Of a stretch of DNA of 64,000 bases, positions 42,854-55,959 are shown piece by piece. The stretch spans positions 32,178,001 through 32,242,000 of the forward strand of contig OX597815.1 of assembly GCA_951406725.2 (NCBI GenBank). The letters run 5' to 3'. Source of the DNA: Octopus vulgaris. Lineage: Eukaryota. How positions within the stretch are numbered: position 1 is the first letter of the stretch; each line of letters begins with the position of its first letter. A model generated the notes under the pieces. That model worked only from the letters and a program-made list of their open reading frames with translations. It had not been told where the DNA came from and ran no database searches. The position numbers and the translations under genes were made by a program.

Positions 42854-43456
42854 TGTGATCAATCCATTTCTAACTGACTACCAAAATCGATTTGTAGTGC
42901 TTGAAGCTATTGGTGAAGAGATATACATCAATGGAATATAAAAGTTTACAAGAATGTAAGCGAAGGTATGCAGAACTGAAGAAAAAAAACGATAAAAAGA
43001 AGTATGCATATATGTTTGTATGTATGCACACATGCATGCATGTATGTATGTATGAATGTATGTTTGTGTGTATGTATCTCTTCTATTTTTTTAATTATTA
43101 TAAATCTTACACTGAGGAGGGAACAGGTGTTCAAGAGGAGATAAACAGAGATTCTTAAAAGTGATGTAGTTAACACTGATGGATCAGAAAAACTTATGAA
43201 GTAATAAATGAGATAAAGCAGAGTCCGAAAAGATTATCTGTATTTAAACATAATAATAAAATGTAAAAAGCAATTTATGCAAACGTGAAGACGTTTTATG
43301 GACAAAATAGTTTGTAGTATTTCTTCTGAGAAAGCATCTCAAGTGGAGGAATATGTGCAGTGTTGCTTATCCTAAATAGGAAACAGATTACCTTGGAATG
43401 TAATAAATTAACGGATTAACAAGCGGGCGCCTCCGTGAGGTCTAATGACTAAGTAC
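41400..43456 (+). pseudogene. fragmented RTE-clade LINE (APE endonuclease end and RT pieces)
   Basis: SLLDVRRYQSADIGADHQTV (~41645-41710); HVEFRQLSTIAFVDLQK (~42558-42608). Confidence 0.65.
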
Positions 43457-43679
43457 TTTTAATCAAGCATACTGGTATACAAAAGCACGTTGAATTCAGA
43501 CAGTCTCCCTCCAAAACTGCTGGACTTTTGTCTAAATTAGAAACAATTATTATTAGTACTAGTTAAATACTAGTCGATGGAATAGATTTACCTCCTCCCC
43601 ACCCCATAGAATCGCTGACCTTGTACCAAATTTGAAAGAATTGTTGTTCTTCTTCTTTTTGTTAATGTTGATGTTGTGA

Positions 43680-43749
<70 letters not shown>

Positions 43750-43752
43750 ATT

Positions 43753-43783
<31 letters not shown>

Positions 43784-44287
43784 TTATTATTATTATCATT
43801 AATATTATTATTATTGAATGTTGAAGCAAATGGACATCACTGCCAGAACTCCTCCCGCGAAAAAGTAACTTTTACCAAACTTACCTAATGAGGAAATCTT
43901 TCCGTACCAGTTTTACTAACAAACGGTTTTCGGATTATCTGCGGGTCTACCCTTTTACCTGGGGTAGAACAAAGGTTCGTCCTTAGACATTTTTTACTGT
44001 GTAAATAAATGTTTTTGGTAAATAACCATTTACATCGTTGTTTGTATTGCGAAATAGTCGCCATTGTGTTAAGGGAAAGAGGTGCTAACCGCATTGGTTG
44101 TAGTAGTTTCAGTTTTGGATATAAAATCTTTTGCATATATAAAAACAGTCTTTTTAAAGAAAGAAGAAATACAATAACTAACATATATATGCAGCTACAG
44201 ATCTAGACACTTCTAGCTATAGTTTGAAAAGCACAAAATTGAAATTGGTGAAAACTGGAAAAAATAAAGGAAGAGCCTAAAATAAGA

Positions 44288-44802
44288 TGCTGGAAATTTC
44301 TCCAGAAGATGCAGGCTTTTTTCTAGTTACAAGCATCCAGGTAATCCGGTATAATGACCTTAACCTATATACTGCTGGAAATTTCTCCAGAAGATGCAGG
44401 CTTTTTTCTAGTTACAAACATCCAGATAATCCGGTATAATGACCTTAACCTATATACTGCTGGAAATTTCTCCAGAAGATGCAGGCTTTTTCTAGTTACA
44501 AGCATCCAGGTAATCCGGTATAATGACCTTAACCTATATACTGCTGGAAATTTCTCCAGAAGATGCAGGCTTTTTTCTAGTTACAAGCATCCAGGTAATC
44601 CGGTATAATGACCTTAACCTATATACTGCTGGAAATTTCTCCAGAAGATGCAGGCTTTTTTCTAGTTACAAGCATCCAGGTAATCCGGTATAATGACCTT
44701 AACCTATATACTGCTGGAAATTACTCCAGAAGATGCAGGCTTTTTTCTAGTTACAAGCATCCAGGTAATCCGGTATAATGCCCTTAACCTATATACTGCT
44801 GG
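44288..44802. repeat. 85-bp minisatellite, 6 nearly identical copies
   Basis: Unit starts at 44288, 44373, 44458, 44542, 44627, 44712 (tgctggaaatttctccagaagatgcagg...). Confidence 0.95.
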
Positions 44803-44876
44803 GAATCTAAACTAAAATAAAGTAGAACAGCAAAAATAGTGCCCTAATTGGGGACGAATTTCATGAACTCCTAGAG

Positions 44877-45234
44877 CAGGGGTTCTCAACCATTTTTTTT
44901 ATCTCTGGATCCTTCTGATTACTATTTTACTCGGGTGGACCCCCAGAGTCATTCGTTGATTATAAGCTAGTTTTATAGATATTTATACTTCCTTCAAAAT
45001 TCCTATTTTGATTTTCACAAATTAACTTGTCTAAGCTAAACTATGTAAAAATGTTAGAGAAAGAAACCTAACTGTTTCTTGTAATACATATCAACGCATA
45101 CATCTAAAGCAAAATTTTTTCATTGACTCTTAAAATACTATTGTGAACCCCCAATTTACTATTTTGTTGCGTCGACCCTCAAAAATCTTGTATGGACCCT
45201 CAGGGGCCTAATGGACCCCGGCTGAGAACCACTG
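44877..45234. mobile_element. hAT (Charlie-like) MITE
   Basis: TIRs caggggttctcaacc / ggctgagaaccactg; imperfect 8-bp TSD tcctagag / gtccagag resembling NTCTAGAN. Confidence 0.75.
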
Positions 45235-45588
45235 GTCCAGAGAATAAAAAGGTTTTTCAAAACCGTACGAACAAATAAAGCCGCATTACCCAGAGTATAT
45301 AAACTTCGCGGTTCGATAAAAACTAAAGATGCTCGAAGGTAATTTCATAGGACCTTGACTGAAGTCGAAGGTGACCGGAGTTTTAGGATGCTGTGATAAT
45401 ATCTATGTGGCGGCTTTTCATCCACCATTGAGGCTGGGTGCTTAATGTTTGTGTACTTAATTTTTAATCTGTGTATTTATTGCATTTCATTTTTACCCCC
45501 CCTCCATCTCATGTATGTATGTTTACACGTTTTGTAACACTTTTGTTTGTACGGTACACTTTGTACTGTGTTTAGGTCCTCGTAGCGC

Positions 45589-45589
<1 letters not shown>

Positions 45590-45624
<35 letters not shown>

Positions 45625-45671
45625 CGGCGGCGGCGGTGGTGGTGGTTGTGGTAGTAGTAGTGGTGCTGGTG

Positions 45672-45703
<32 letters not shown>

Positions 45704-45758
45704 GGCGGCGGTGGTGGTGGTGGTTGTAGTAGTAGTGGCGGCGGTGGTGGTGGTGGTT

Positions 45759-45837
<79 letters not shown>

Positions 45838-45845
45838 CGGCGGCG

Positions 45846-45900
<55 letters not shown>

Positions 45901-45910
45901 CAGCGGCGGC

Positions 45911-45973
<63 letters not shown>

Positions 45974-45986
45974 GGTGGTGGTGGTG

Positions 45987-46046
<60 letters not shown>

Positions 46047-46280
46047 ATACATACAGAGGAACTTGAAAACAATTGAGAAATATCAGGATCTAGCCGAGTG
46101 ATGAAGACACATGATGCACTTGGCACAACACTCAAACTGCCACCTAAGAGGCTGAAGGATGTTAGAACCAAGATACGTATTGTCGACCTGCAGAAAATAG
46201 CCGCCCTGTATTCTGCGAGAATCCTAAAAAAGATTCTTGAAATTTTAAGAAACCTGTTGCCACCAAACCACAGAATAACA
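45590..46280 (+). mobile_element. (AGT/GGT)n tract followed by a 3' fragment of an RLE LINE
   Basis: EKYQDLA, DALGT, DLQKIAALYSARILKKIL; same junction repeated at 49080-49142. Confidence 0.65.
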
Positions 46281-46344
46281 TCCTTGCTAATTTAATCAGA
46301 ATGTAATAGATTTTGTATCATGAAAATGGTGATCGTCATAATAA

Positions 46345-46900
46345 TATGGTTTCAAATTTTGGCACAAAGCTTGCAGTTTGGGTGGGAGGCGGTTGATCTA
46401 TTACATCGACTTCAGTGCTCAACTTGTGTTTATTTTATCGACCCCGAAAGGATGAAAAGCACAGTCGACCGCGGCGAAATTCGAGCTCAAAGTATAAAGA
46501 GCCAGAAGAAATGCCGCTAACGAATTTGCCAAACTCCCCGCGGGTCAAGCTTTGCCTTTCATCCTTTCATGTATAGGGGTCGATAAAATAAAGTATTTGT
46601 CAAGTATTGGGGTCGATGTAATCGACTTGTCCCTTCCTTTAACAACTGTTGACCTTGTGCCAAAATTAGAAAGGTATTTTATTATTATTGTCGTCGTTGT
46701 AAAGGTGGCGAGGTGGACGAACCGTTAGCACGCAAGGGCGAAAAGCTTAGCGGCATTTCGTTCGTCTTTGCGTTTTGTGTTCAAATTCCACCGAGGTCGA
46801 CTTTGTCTTTTATCCTTTTGGGGTTAATAAAGTAAGTACCAGTTAAACACTAGTCCCCTCCATAAAAATTTCAAACCTTGTGCCTTTTGTAGAAAGGATT
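46345..46900. mobile_element. three SINE family A copies (46345-46520 -, 46530-46672 +, 46703-46900 +)
   Basis: Family core motifs present in each. Confidence 0.7.
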
Positions 46901-47070
46901 ATTAATATTGTTTTGAAAACGTCTTTTACAGGACAAGCGTATCTACGGAGGAAAATCACTCTTCAAACGAATTGGAGAAAGTTACAGACGTGACACGTTC
47001 ATCCCTTTGAATATTTCGGTTTCGGAAAGGTAACTTTAATTATTATCTATCTTCTTTTTAATTTTTTTAT

Positions 47071-47453
47071 TTTTACTTGTTTCAGTCATTTGAGTATGGC
47101 TATGCTGGGGCACCGCCTTGAAGGGTTTTGTTCAAACAAATCGATCCCAAGACTTTTTTTAGACTTAGTACTTATTCTATCAGTCTCTTTTGTCGAACAG
47201 CTAAGCTAGGGGAACGTAAACGCATCGACACCGGTTGTCAAGCTGTGGCAGGGAACAAACACAGACACAAAGATATACACACATATACATACATTCACAC
47301 ATACATACATACATACATACATACATACATACATACATACATACATACATACATACATACATACATACATACATACATTCATATATATATGCATGTATGT
47401 ATGTGTCTATGTGATATATATATATATTCATGTATGTATGTGTCTGTGTGGGA

Positions 47454-47496
<43 letters not shown>

Positions 47497-47577
47497 GACG
47501 GGCTTCTTTCAGTTTCTATCTGCCAAATCCACTTTGGTTGGGAAGCAAGCTTGTTACCACACAGCCACGCCTGCGCC
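47071..47577 (-). mobile_element. SINE family B with an expanded internal microsatellite
   Basis: Head ggcgcaggcgtggctgtgtgg and tail on the minus strand. Confidence 0.8.
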
Positions 47578-48217
47578 TATTTATTAATGCTTTTTTAAAT
47601 TTTTAATTAGCCATTATTATGGTTAAAAGTGTGCTAACAACAAATTGAGAGAATTGGTGAGGCATGAGGGAAAATGTGTCTCTTTTTCCTTTTCTTCTTA
47701 ATTCAAATAGTCTCAACATCAGATTGCTCCTTGTTTTCTACAAAGAGTGCGGGAAATAAAAAGGAAGGTGCGTAAGTAAAAAAAAAATGAAAAGATAACA
47801 AGCCAATATATATATATTTGTACTGTTTTTTTCTTCATTGGTATTGCTTTTACGTCCTGTTCTTGTCACTTTTTTTACCCATCCGCAAAAAAAAAAAATT
47901 TATTTAATTCATTTTGCGGGAAGGACTGCTTCGACGTAGCCGTGTTCTGCCCTCACCTTCGAAACACGCATTGAGTCGAAACGGGGGCAGCTGAAGATGG
48001 GGAATGTTCCTTGTATTGTTTGTCTTGTACTCTGTTTTTTCGTTGTTAAAAAAAAGTCCGTTTCCTTGTTTGATTTTATGTTTTCGTTTCTCGTTGTGTT
48101 CTACGTTTATTTGTGGTGTCCTGTACTCATATATGCATGTATATATACATATAGATGTGGGTATGTACATATATGTATGTATGTATGCATATGCTTTATT
48201 TATTAAATTGTTATTAT

Positions 48218-48256
<39 letters not shown>

Positions 48257-48378
48257 GAAAATAGTAATGCAATACGAGAGTATTGCTTTCCAGTAAAGGA
48301 TAGCCCGTGAGGGTAAAATTATACATAAAAGTAAATAAATCGGTAAATATCGGTGCTTCGTTGTACCATTTATTTACT

Positions 48379-48427
<49 letters not shown>

Positions 48428-48841
48428 CCCTTAAATACAGTTAAAATATGTAGGTGGACTTAGGGATATTTCAGTTCTCACCGACCTTATGCCATGGTCT
48501 AATTTAGAAGAAAAAACTTCTGATAAATGAGTCGAAAGAGCTTTGTGAACGAAATATAGGGACGTATCTGAAAATAAAACGCTGAAATAGAAAAGATTGG
48601 TGAAGTTTTGTAAGGTAGTACACGGTTCTTCCAGTAATGGTGCAATGAGTTTACAAAGGAAAGCAGAGCAGTGATCAGCGAAGTGTACTAGGAAACAGAG
48701 ATAGTTTTATGATAGGTATGATAGAAGCATATGAGAAAAAGACCAAAGCTGAGAACGAAGAACAAATCCTCGGAAAAACAAAATAGCCACTGAGGTTGAA
48801 GTGATCGTCATAATAATATAGTGGAGGTGGTGGTGGTAGTG

Positions 48842-48939
<98 letters not shown>

Positions 48940-49012
48940 GGTGGTGGTGGTGGTGGTGGTGGTGGTGGTGGTGGTGGTGGTGGTGGTGTTGGTGGTGGTG
49001 GTGGTGGTGGTG

Positions 49013-49081
<69 letters not shown>

Positions 49082-49374
49082 CATACAAAGGGACTTGAAA
49101 ACAATTGAGAAATATCAGGACCTAGCCGAGTGATGAAGACATAAAAAACTGATATTTTCTGGTAGTATAAATGCTGGTCAGCAAAGCTGGAGAGAACAAT
49201 CTTATTGAAAACTGCCCGGACTGCCAAAAGTTTTTTACCACCATAGTCCACTCAAGCAGGCAGTTGTTGTTGGCGAAAACGCACCCAGCTGTCTGTGGTT
49301 TCTCTGATATGCCTAGGTTTCGTTTAAAGGCTATGAAGGATTTTTTTTTTCTTTTATAATTTGTTCTGAGCCAA

Positions 49375-49767
49375 TCTTTCTATATATTAAAGCTGAAGTT
49401 GTCTGTGTATGGCAGGTTTGGTAGCCTTCAACTAACACTATCTCCTCCGAGACCCTGCGGTTCAAGTTGACCAAAATTGAGAGTATGATAGAAGAAAGCT
49501 TGCTCTTCATTCTGTAGAAGATAAAATTCAAATCGGACCATGTTAAGACCAAAAATTATTTACATCAAAAAGGTGCTTTTTTTCTGTGAAAATCCCTATT
49601 TTTTACGATTTTTTGACTGCTGTGTCGCCATTTTTCGGTGTATTTCAACCAGAAAAATGTTCACTTAAAGAGAATAACAAGTTACATAATGCAAAATTTT
49701 TACTTTTCAAAAATTTCAATTCTAAAGGGTCGAAACAAACCTGAGTAACGCCAGGCGATACTGCTGG
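49375..49767 (+). mobile_element. non-autonomous Helitron (family H1)
   Basis: A|TC start, cctgagtaacgccagg hairpin, CTGG|T end; homologous to 3081-3481. Confidence 0.75.
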
Positions 49768-50332
49768 TGATAAATAAAGCAGAACTGGCTGAGGTAAAAT
49801 ATATGTCACGCAGTGTGTGTATGTGCCTTAGGCGATTTTTAATCTTCATGTTAATATAATTTGGGCAATGCTGAAGAATTATTTCCTTCATTGTGCAAAT
49901 ATTGTAGCTTTCTCGGCAGCGTAGGAGAAAATTAACTGAGTATTTTGAGGTGATCTCAGTGATTAGAATTTAATGTACCATTTATTTACATTTAGTTTTT
50001 TTTAGAAAATAAACTATTTTGATGTGATCTCAGTAATCAGAATTTAATGAACCATTCATTAACATTTAATTTTGTTTTACTTTTCCAATGTTTTATTATT
50101 TTTTTCTTGCAATTGCCTCTGAAGTGCCTCGACTTTCATACATACATACATACATACATACATACATACATACATACATACATACATACATGCATGCATG
50201 CATATATACATGCATAAATACATACATACATACATACATACATGCATGCATACATACATACACACAAACATACATACATACACACAAACATACATACATA
50301 CATACATGCATACATGCATACATACATACATG

Positions 50333-50364
<32 letters not shown>

Positions 50365-50836
50365 CATACATACATGCATGCATACATACATACACACAAA
50401 CATACATACATACACACATACATACATACATACATACATACATACATACATACATACATACATGCATACATACATACATACATATATACATACATACATG
50501 CATGCATACATACATACACACAAACATACATACATACACACATACATACATACATACATGCATACATGCATACATGCATACATGCATACATGCATACATA
50601 CATACATACATACATACATACATACATACATACATACATACATACATACATACACGGCGCAGTCAACATCAGACGTGCAGGCGTAGAGGATCGCTTAAAT
50701 ATGTCTTCGTGAATGTTGTCTAGAATCATGCCGACTCCGACAGCTTAAAACAGTGGCTAGTTTATATTTTCTATTATAAATAAGAGAAACACAGTTTACT
50801 TACGAACTTGGCGTTATTCAAACCGGATTACAAACT

Positions 50837-50914
50837 ATGTCTTACAGCAAGCAGAACTTCACTTTTGAGATCAAGGTTGATGTAGATAACAACACCATTA
50901 GCACCGGTTCCAAT
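50837..50914 (+). CDS. candidate first coding exon of an unknown gene (MSYSKQNFTFEIKVDVDNNTISTGSN)
   Basis: TATAAATA at ~50775, ATG with A at -3 (caaactATG), 26 codons, consensus donor GTAAGT at 50915. Confidence 0.4.
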
Positions 50915-51263
50915 GTAAGTAGTATTACGACACTTGTTAGTTAAGATCGTATAAGAATTCTTCTCGCTCGCTACACTTGGTCTTTAATTTAACTCAAGAT
51001 CTACTTCGATATTATGAAAAAGTCCGAGATGACCCTTTTATGGCTTGTATGAAGTGGTTAAAAAAAATATTGAGACAAAGCAGCTTCAGCAACAAACATC
51101 TTTCTCTGCAAAAAAAAAATGTTTTTCACAGCAATAGTTATCCAGACTCTCACGATACTAACACTAAGAGCACTAAGAGCACTAAGCATCGGCCAAAATG
51201 CGCCAAAAGAGAGATAAAAATAATGTAAACAAACGCTGCCGCCATTATTAAACCTTCATTTAA

Positions 51264-51957
51264 GGCGGCGAGCTGACAGAAACGTTAGCGCGCCGGGCGA
51301 AATGCTTAGCGGTATTTCGTCTGCCGCTACGTTCTGAGTTCAAATTCCGCCGACTTTGCCTTTCATCCTTTCCGGGTCGATGAATTAAGTACCAGTTACG
51401 CACCGGGGTCGATATAGTCGACTTAATCCGTTTGTCTGCCCTTGTTCGCCCCCTCTGTGTTTAGCCCCTTGTGGGTAGTAAAGAAATAGGTATTTCGTCT
51501 GCCATTACGTTCTGAGTTCAAATTCCGCCGAGGTCGACTTTGCCTTTCATCCTTTCGGGGTCGATTAAATAAGTACCAGTTACGCACTGGAGTCGATATA
51601 ATCGACTTAATTCGTTTGTCTGTCCTTGTTCGTCCCCTCTGTGTTTAGCCCCTTGTGGGTAGTAAAGAAATAGGTATTTCGTCTGCCATTACGTTCTGAG
51701 TTCAAATTCCGCCGAGGTCGACTTTGCCCTTCATCCTTTCGGGGTCGATGAATTAAGTACCAGTTACGCACTGGAGTCGATATAATCGACTTAATTCGTT
51801 TGTCTGTCCTTGTTCGTCCCCTCTGTGTTTAGCCCCTTGTGGGTAGTAAAGAAATAGGTATTTCGTCTGCCATTACGTTCTGAGTTCAAATTCCGCCGAT
51901 GTCGACTTTGCCTTTCATCCTTTCGGGGTCGATAAATTAAGTACCAGTTAAGTACCA
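51264..51957 (+). mobile_element. SINE family A concatemer (head plus ~3.5 tandem 178-184-bp units)
   Basis: Units restart at ggtatttcgtctgcc (51311, 51489, 51673, 51857). Confidence 0.9.
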
Positions 51958-51959
51958 GT

Positions 51960-52490
51960 AACAGCAACAATCTATGCCACTATTTGGGATGATTAACCAC
52001 ACTAATATAATATCAAGGAAACAATGAAATTTCCATCTCCCCAATTACAACCAATTCAAAAACAAATGGGTGTCTCTACGGTGACTCTTCACACCAATTC
52101 ACCTGTTATTGAATACTTGCATAAACAACAACACAAAGAATATTGCTGAAACATTCCCATTAGTACTTCTACTGAGTACAAACATAATAGCTTCAAGAAA
52201 AAGCTTGTACCATCATAGAGGTCATCCGCCTTGCTGATAAAAATGTGTCTTGAAACCCCATGAGAAAGAGGATAACTATAGAAAACTGCTTCAAGACTTT
52301 CAGCTTATTTACCCAGATTATGAATTCACATTTATACCAATAATAATTGATGCAATTTGATTTTGTAAGTAATTGCCTAAATGACAATTTGGAAAAGATA
52401 GGATTTCTAGAAGAACGAATGGACCAACTAACACAAACCTTACAAATAAGCGGAACAGTAAGCATATATAAGCTTAAAATTTGACGTTGT
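51960..52490 (+). pseudogene. R4-like RLE LINE C-terminal fragment, same family as 12570-13231
   Basis: EKEDNYRKLLQDFQLIYPDYEFTFIPIII...LQISGTV. Confidence 0.75.
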
Positions 52491-52662
52491 TTTTGTTATC
52501 GACAGTCTAACGGCGGAGCATTTACCTTTGATAGAAACTAATTCCTTCCTTACAAGATTTCGAATAATAAAAAATAGAAGATAACTTATGTGCATACATA
52601 AATACAGACACATACATATGCTCATACACTACACATACTCACCTAAATATACAAGTATACAT

Positions 52663-52740
<78 letters not shown>

Positions 52741-52809
52741 ATATGTACATGCCTGTGTGTGCGTGTTTGTATATACATATATACATATATATAAATATAT
52801 ATATGTATG

Positions 52810-52853
<44 letters not shown>

Positions 52854-52879
52854 CATATATATATATGTATACATATATT

Positions 52880-52952
<73 letters not shown>

Positions 52953-53761
52953 ATTTATGTATATACAAACACGCACACACAGGCAGGTACATATACATAT
53001 ATACCGATAGGCATGGCTGTGTTGTGAAGAATTTCGCTTCGAGAAAGCGTGGTTTCGAGTTCAGTGTCATTACACAGCACGCTGAGCAAGAGTCTTGTGC
53101 TCTACTTAGAAGTATATAAGAGAATAATATTGTACGGTATAGTGAGTCATTAGCAGAGATTCACGGTGTAACTGATAGAAACTTTAGAGATAAGAAATAT
53201 GTCAGTGATCTGAAAGGGAAAGGGAAAGGAGAGTAAGTCTACTTGTGCTGAATAGTTAAGCGTTAATCTGTTGAATCAGCTAATGATACAATCTTCAAGT
53301 ATTGGAGCAAGAAGCAGCAATTCTTTGTTAAGATCTCCTATAAGTTCCCAGATTTATTGAGTAAGGGGCTTTTTGAAGCCAAAAGGCGCACATTTTTTAA
53401 ACTATTTCTATGTGGTGGACATCTTCTGGGGATCTTCTACGTGGTGTTGAGTGTATCAGATATGATCTTTCGTTGTTCTTGCTTATGTATGTATACATAC
53501 GTGCCTGTTGGTGAGTTTGCATGCATATATTTTGAAAAGAAGATATCGACAGGCTAATCGATTCACATTCCACATAGACACACACACACGCACATACACA
53601 CACAACATAAGCTCGACCAACGACACGTAATTAAACACAACAGAAACGCTCGCAAAAGAAAGAAAACGTCGCAATCACACAATGCTAATACGACAAACAT
53701 TCAGACCATATGTCACCACAATTCTCTCGGCTAAATATGTTAACCTAAATCTTCGATCAGA

Positions 53762-53859
<98 letters not shown>

Positions 53860-53861
53860 TA

Positions 53862-54025
53862 CAGGGCGTCCCAAAAGTCACTGATGAGTTTCAGCAAGAT
53901 GAGGCAACTGCTCATAGAGCAACAGAAACAATACAGTTGCTACGGCAGTGCTTTTGGGGAGAGAATAATCTCCCGCTACGGCAATGTCAACTGGCCTTCA
54001 CGTTCTCCAGACTTGACTAGCCCGG

Positions 54026-54029
<4 letters not shown>
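53862..54029 (+). mobile_element. Tc1/mariner (rosa-like) internally deleted remnant
   Basis: TA|cagggcgtcccaaaagtca terminus; FQQDEATAH and FGERIISRYGNVNWPSRSPDLTSPDF. Confidence 0.8.
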
Positions 54030-54076
<47 letters not shown>

Positions 54077-54098
54077 TTGTTTTTGTTTTTCTGTATCC

Positions 54099-54134
54099 CT
54101 TTCTGTAGAAGAGCGTAGGCTCGAAACGTAAAAT
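54099..54134 (+). ncRNA. degenerate hammerhead motif, related to the 32670-32704 family
   Basis: ttt-CTGtAGA-a-gagc(gtag)gctc-GAAACGTA-aaa; downstream ttcctgagcgt shared with the 32.6-kb copy. Confidence 0.5.
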
Positions 54135-54257
54135 ACTTTTTCTATTCCTGAGCGTTACACTAATACATCTGTTTGTTTTGTACACCACATGTCTTCTTTT
54201 TTTTTTTTTTTTTCATAAACTCTCCCTATATATATAAGCATACATAAAATGGTAAAG

Positions 54258-54381
<124 letters not shown>

Positions 54382-54470
54382 GAAATGAAGCAAATGCTGA
54401 CAAAATGATTTAAGTAAGGAGAGTGTATTTAATTAGGTGAAAGTTCTTTTTACCGGTTGCGCATTTAAAC

Positions 54471-55093
54471 ATAATTGTTAAAGAGTACAGCAAACGTTAA
54501 GGCAAGACAAACAAGTCATGTACATTATTATTGCAAAAACTTCAGTCTTACAGCTTTTTCTGGGATATCCCAAAGTGCATTCTATTATCAGAGACAAATA
54601 AGGAAAATGAGAAGGGTATAGGTTAATGAAATGACGACATAGAGAACGGGAGTAAAAGAATAAGGAGATGAAGAGAGAGAAGAAAAAAGAAACATAAAAG
54701 AAGCATTCTATTATTAAACATTGACATGTTCGAGTCTTTTTTCTGGATATTTACAATAGCAGCACTTTAACCCACATGGATCTACGCTGGATTGCACCTA
54801 AGGACTTATGGACTTATTTCTACAACATCGGAAAGTTGAACTGTGAACTTTTTATGTTTCTTTTTCCTTCTCTTCCTTTATATCCTTATTCTTTTACTCC
54901 TGTCCTCTATGTTGTCATTTTATTAACCTATACCCTTCGCATTTTCCCTATTTGTCTCCGATGACGGAATATCCCATACTCTAGGATATCCCAGAAACAG
55001 CTGTAAGACTTTGAATTTTTTGCAATAATAATAATGTATATGACTCGAGATGTTTGCCTTGCCTTAACGTTTGTTGTCCTCTTTAGCAATTAT
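54471..55093. mobile_element. Penelope-like 3' end with inverted pseudo-LTR (~230-bp arms), each arm carrying a hammerhead
   Basis: Arms 54471-54700 and 54848-55093; motifs at 54954-55009(+) and 54545-54595(-); loop has a decayed WI...L.PHG-like PLE terminus. Confidence 0.75.
54954..55009 (+). ncRNA. hammerhead motif, CCGAUGA variant
   Basis: gtct-CCGATGA-c-ggaatatcc...ggatatccc-a-GAAACagctGTA-agac; stem I gtct/agac. Confidence 0.65.
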
Positions 55094-55304
55094 ATATCCG
55101 CTATGTCGGAAATGTGCAATGGCTCCATAACTACCGTCTCGGCTATAACCTTGGAGCTCTAGTAAGCCGTTACAACACTTACCTAGCGTACCTAATCGTT
55201 TAGATCACCTGTAAACTAAACATCCATACGTTGTATGTATATATATATATATGTGTGTGTGTGTGTATTTGTATGTATATATACATATATATATATATAT
55301 GTAT

Positions 55305-55369
<65 letters not shown>

Positions 55370-55418
55370 TAAGAAAGTTGGTTTGTGAAAGCACGTGGGG
55401 GAATATATAGAAAATAGT

Positions 55419-55459
55419 AAAGAAATTTGAAAAGCTACACGCGAAACCGGTCTTTCTTT
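55419..55459 (+). ncRNA. degenerate hammerhead overlapping the left arm of an inverted repeat (55403-55439 / 55562-55596)
   Basis: aaagaaa-t-ttgaaaa-gc(tacac)gc-GAAACcgGTC-tttcttt; perfect 7-bp stem I. Confidence 0.45.
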
Positions 55460-55586
55460 TAAATTATGTCATTATAAGAGAAAAAAATTTTTTTTTTAAT
55501 TTTCTAATATTCTTCAGACATATTGACGCAAATATATATATTTTTTAACATTTAAGCCTTCTGTAGTTTTTTCACTCTTTACTATT

Positions 55587-55656
<70 letters not shown>

Positions 55657-55875
55657 CATACATATATTTATATGCATGTGGCCTAGTTGTTAGAGTGTGG
55701 GGCATTCTACCGTATGTTTATGGTTTTGGTCTCCAGGTAGGATGGTGCATTGTGTTCATATGCATGACACATCAGTTCACATTGGAAACGAGCACCAGCA
55801 TCAGGTGCGTCTCAATTCTGCAAGTAAGTTCTGCATAAGGTATGTGCTAGTGAAACGCCTATTTACACATCTACA

Positions 55876-55949
<74 letters not shown>

Positions 55950-55959
55950 TATCTTTAAC

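Noticed and set aside
44288-44802. CRISPR-like appearance of the 85-bp array
   Set aside because: Units repeat in full with no unique spacers, there are no cas genes, and the context is eukaryotic.
49941-50080. ~75-bp two-copy tandem duplication
   Set aside because: An ordinary diverged local duplication with no further structure.
53110-53480. Hydrophobic plus-strand ORF (53357-53557) as a downstream exon
   Set aside because: The nearby acceptor gives an immediate stop in phase 0, and the minus strand reads APYSINLG, more like a Penelope remnant.
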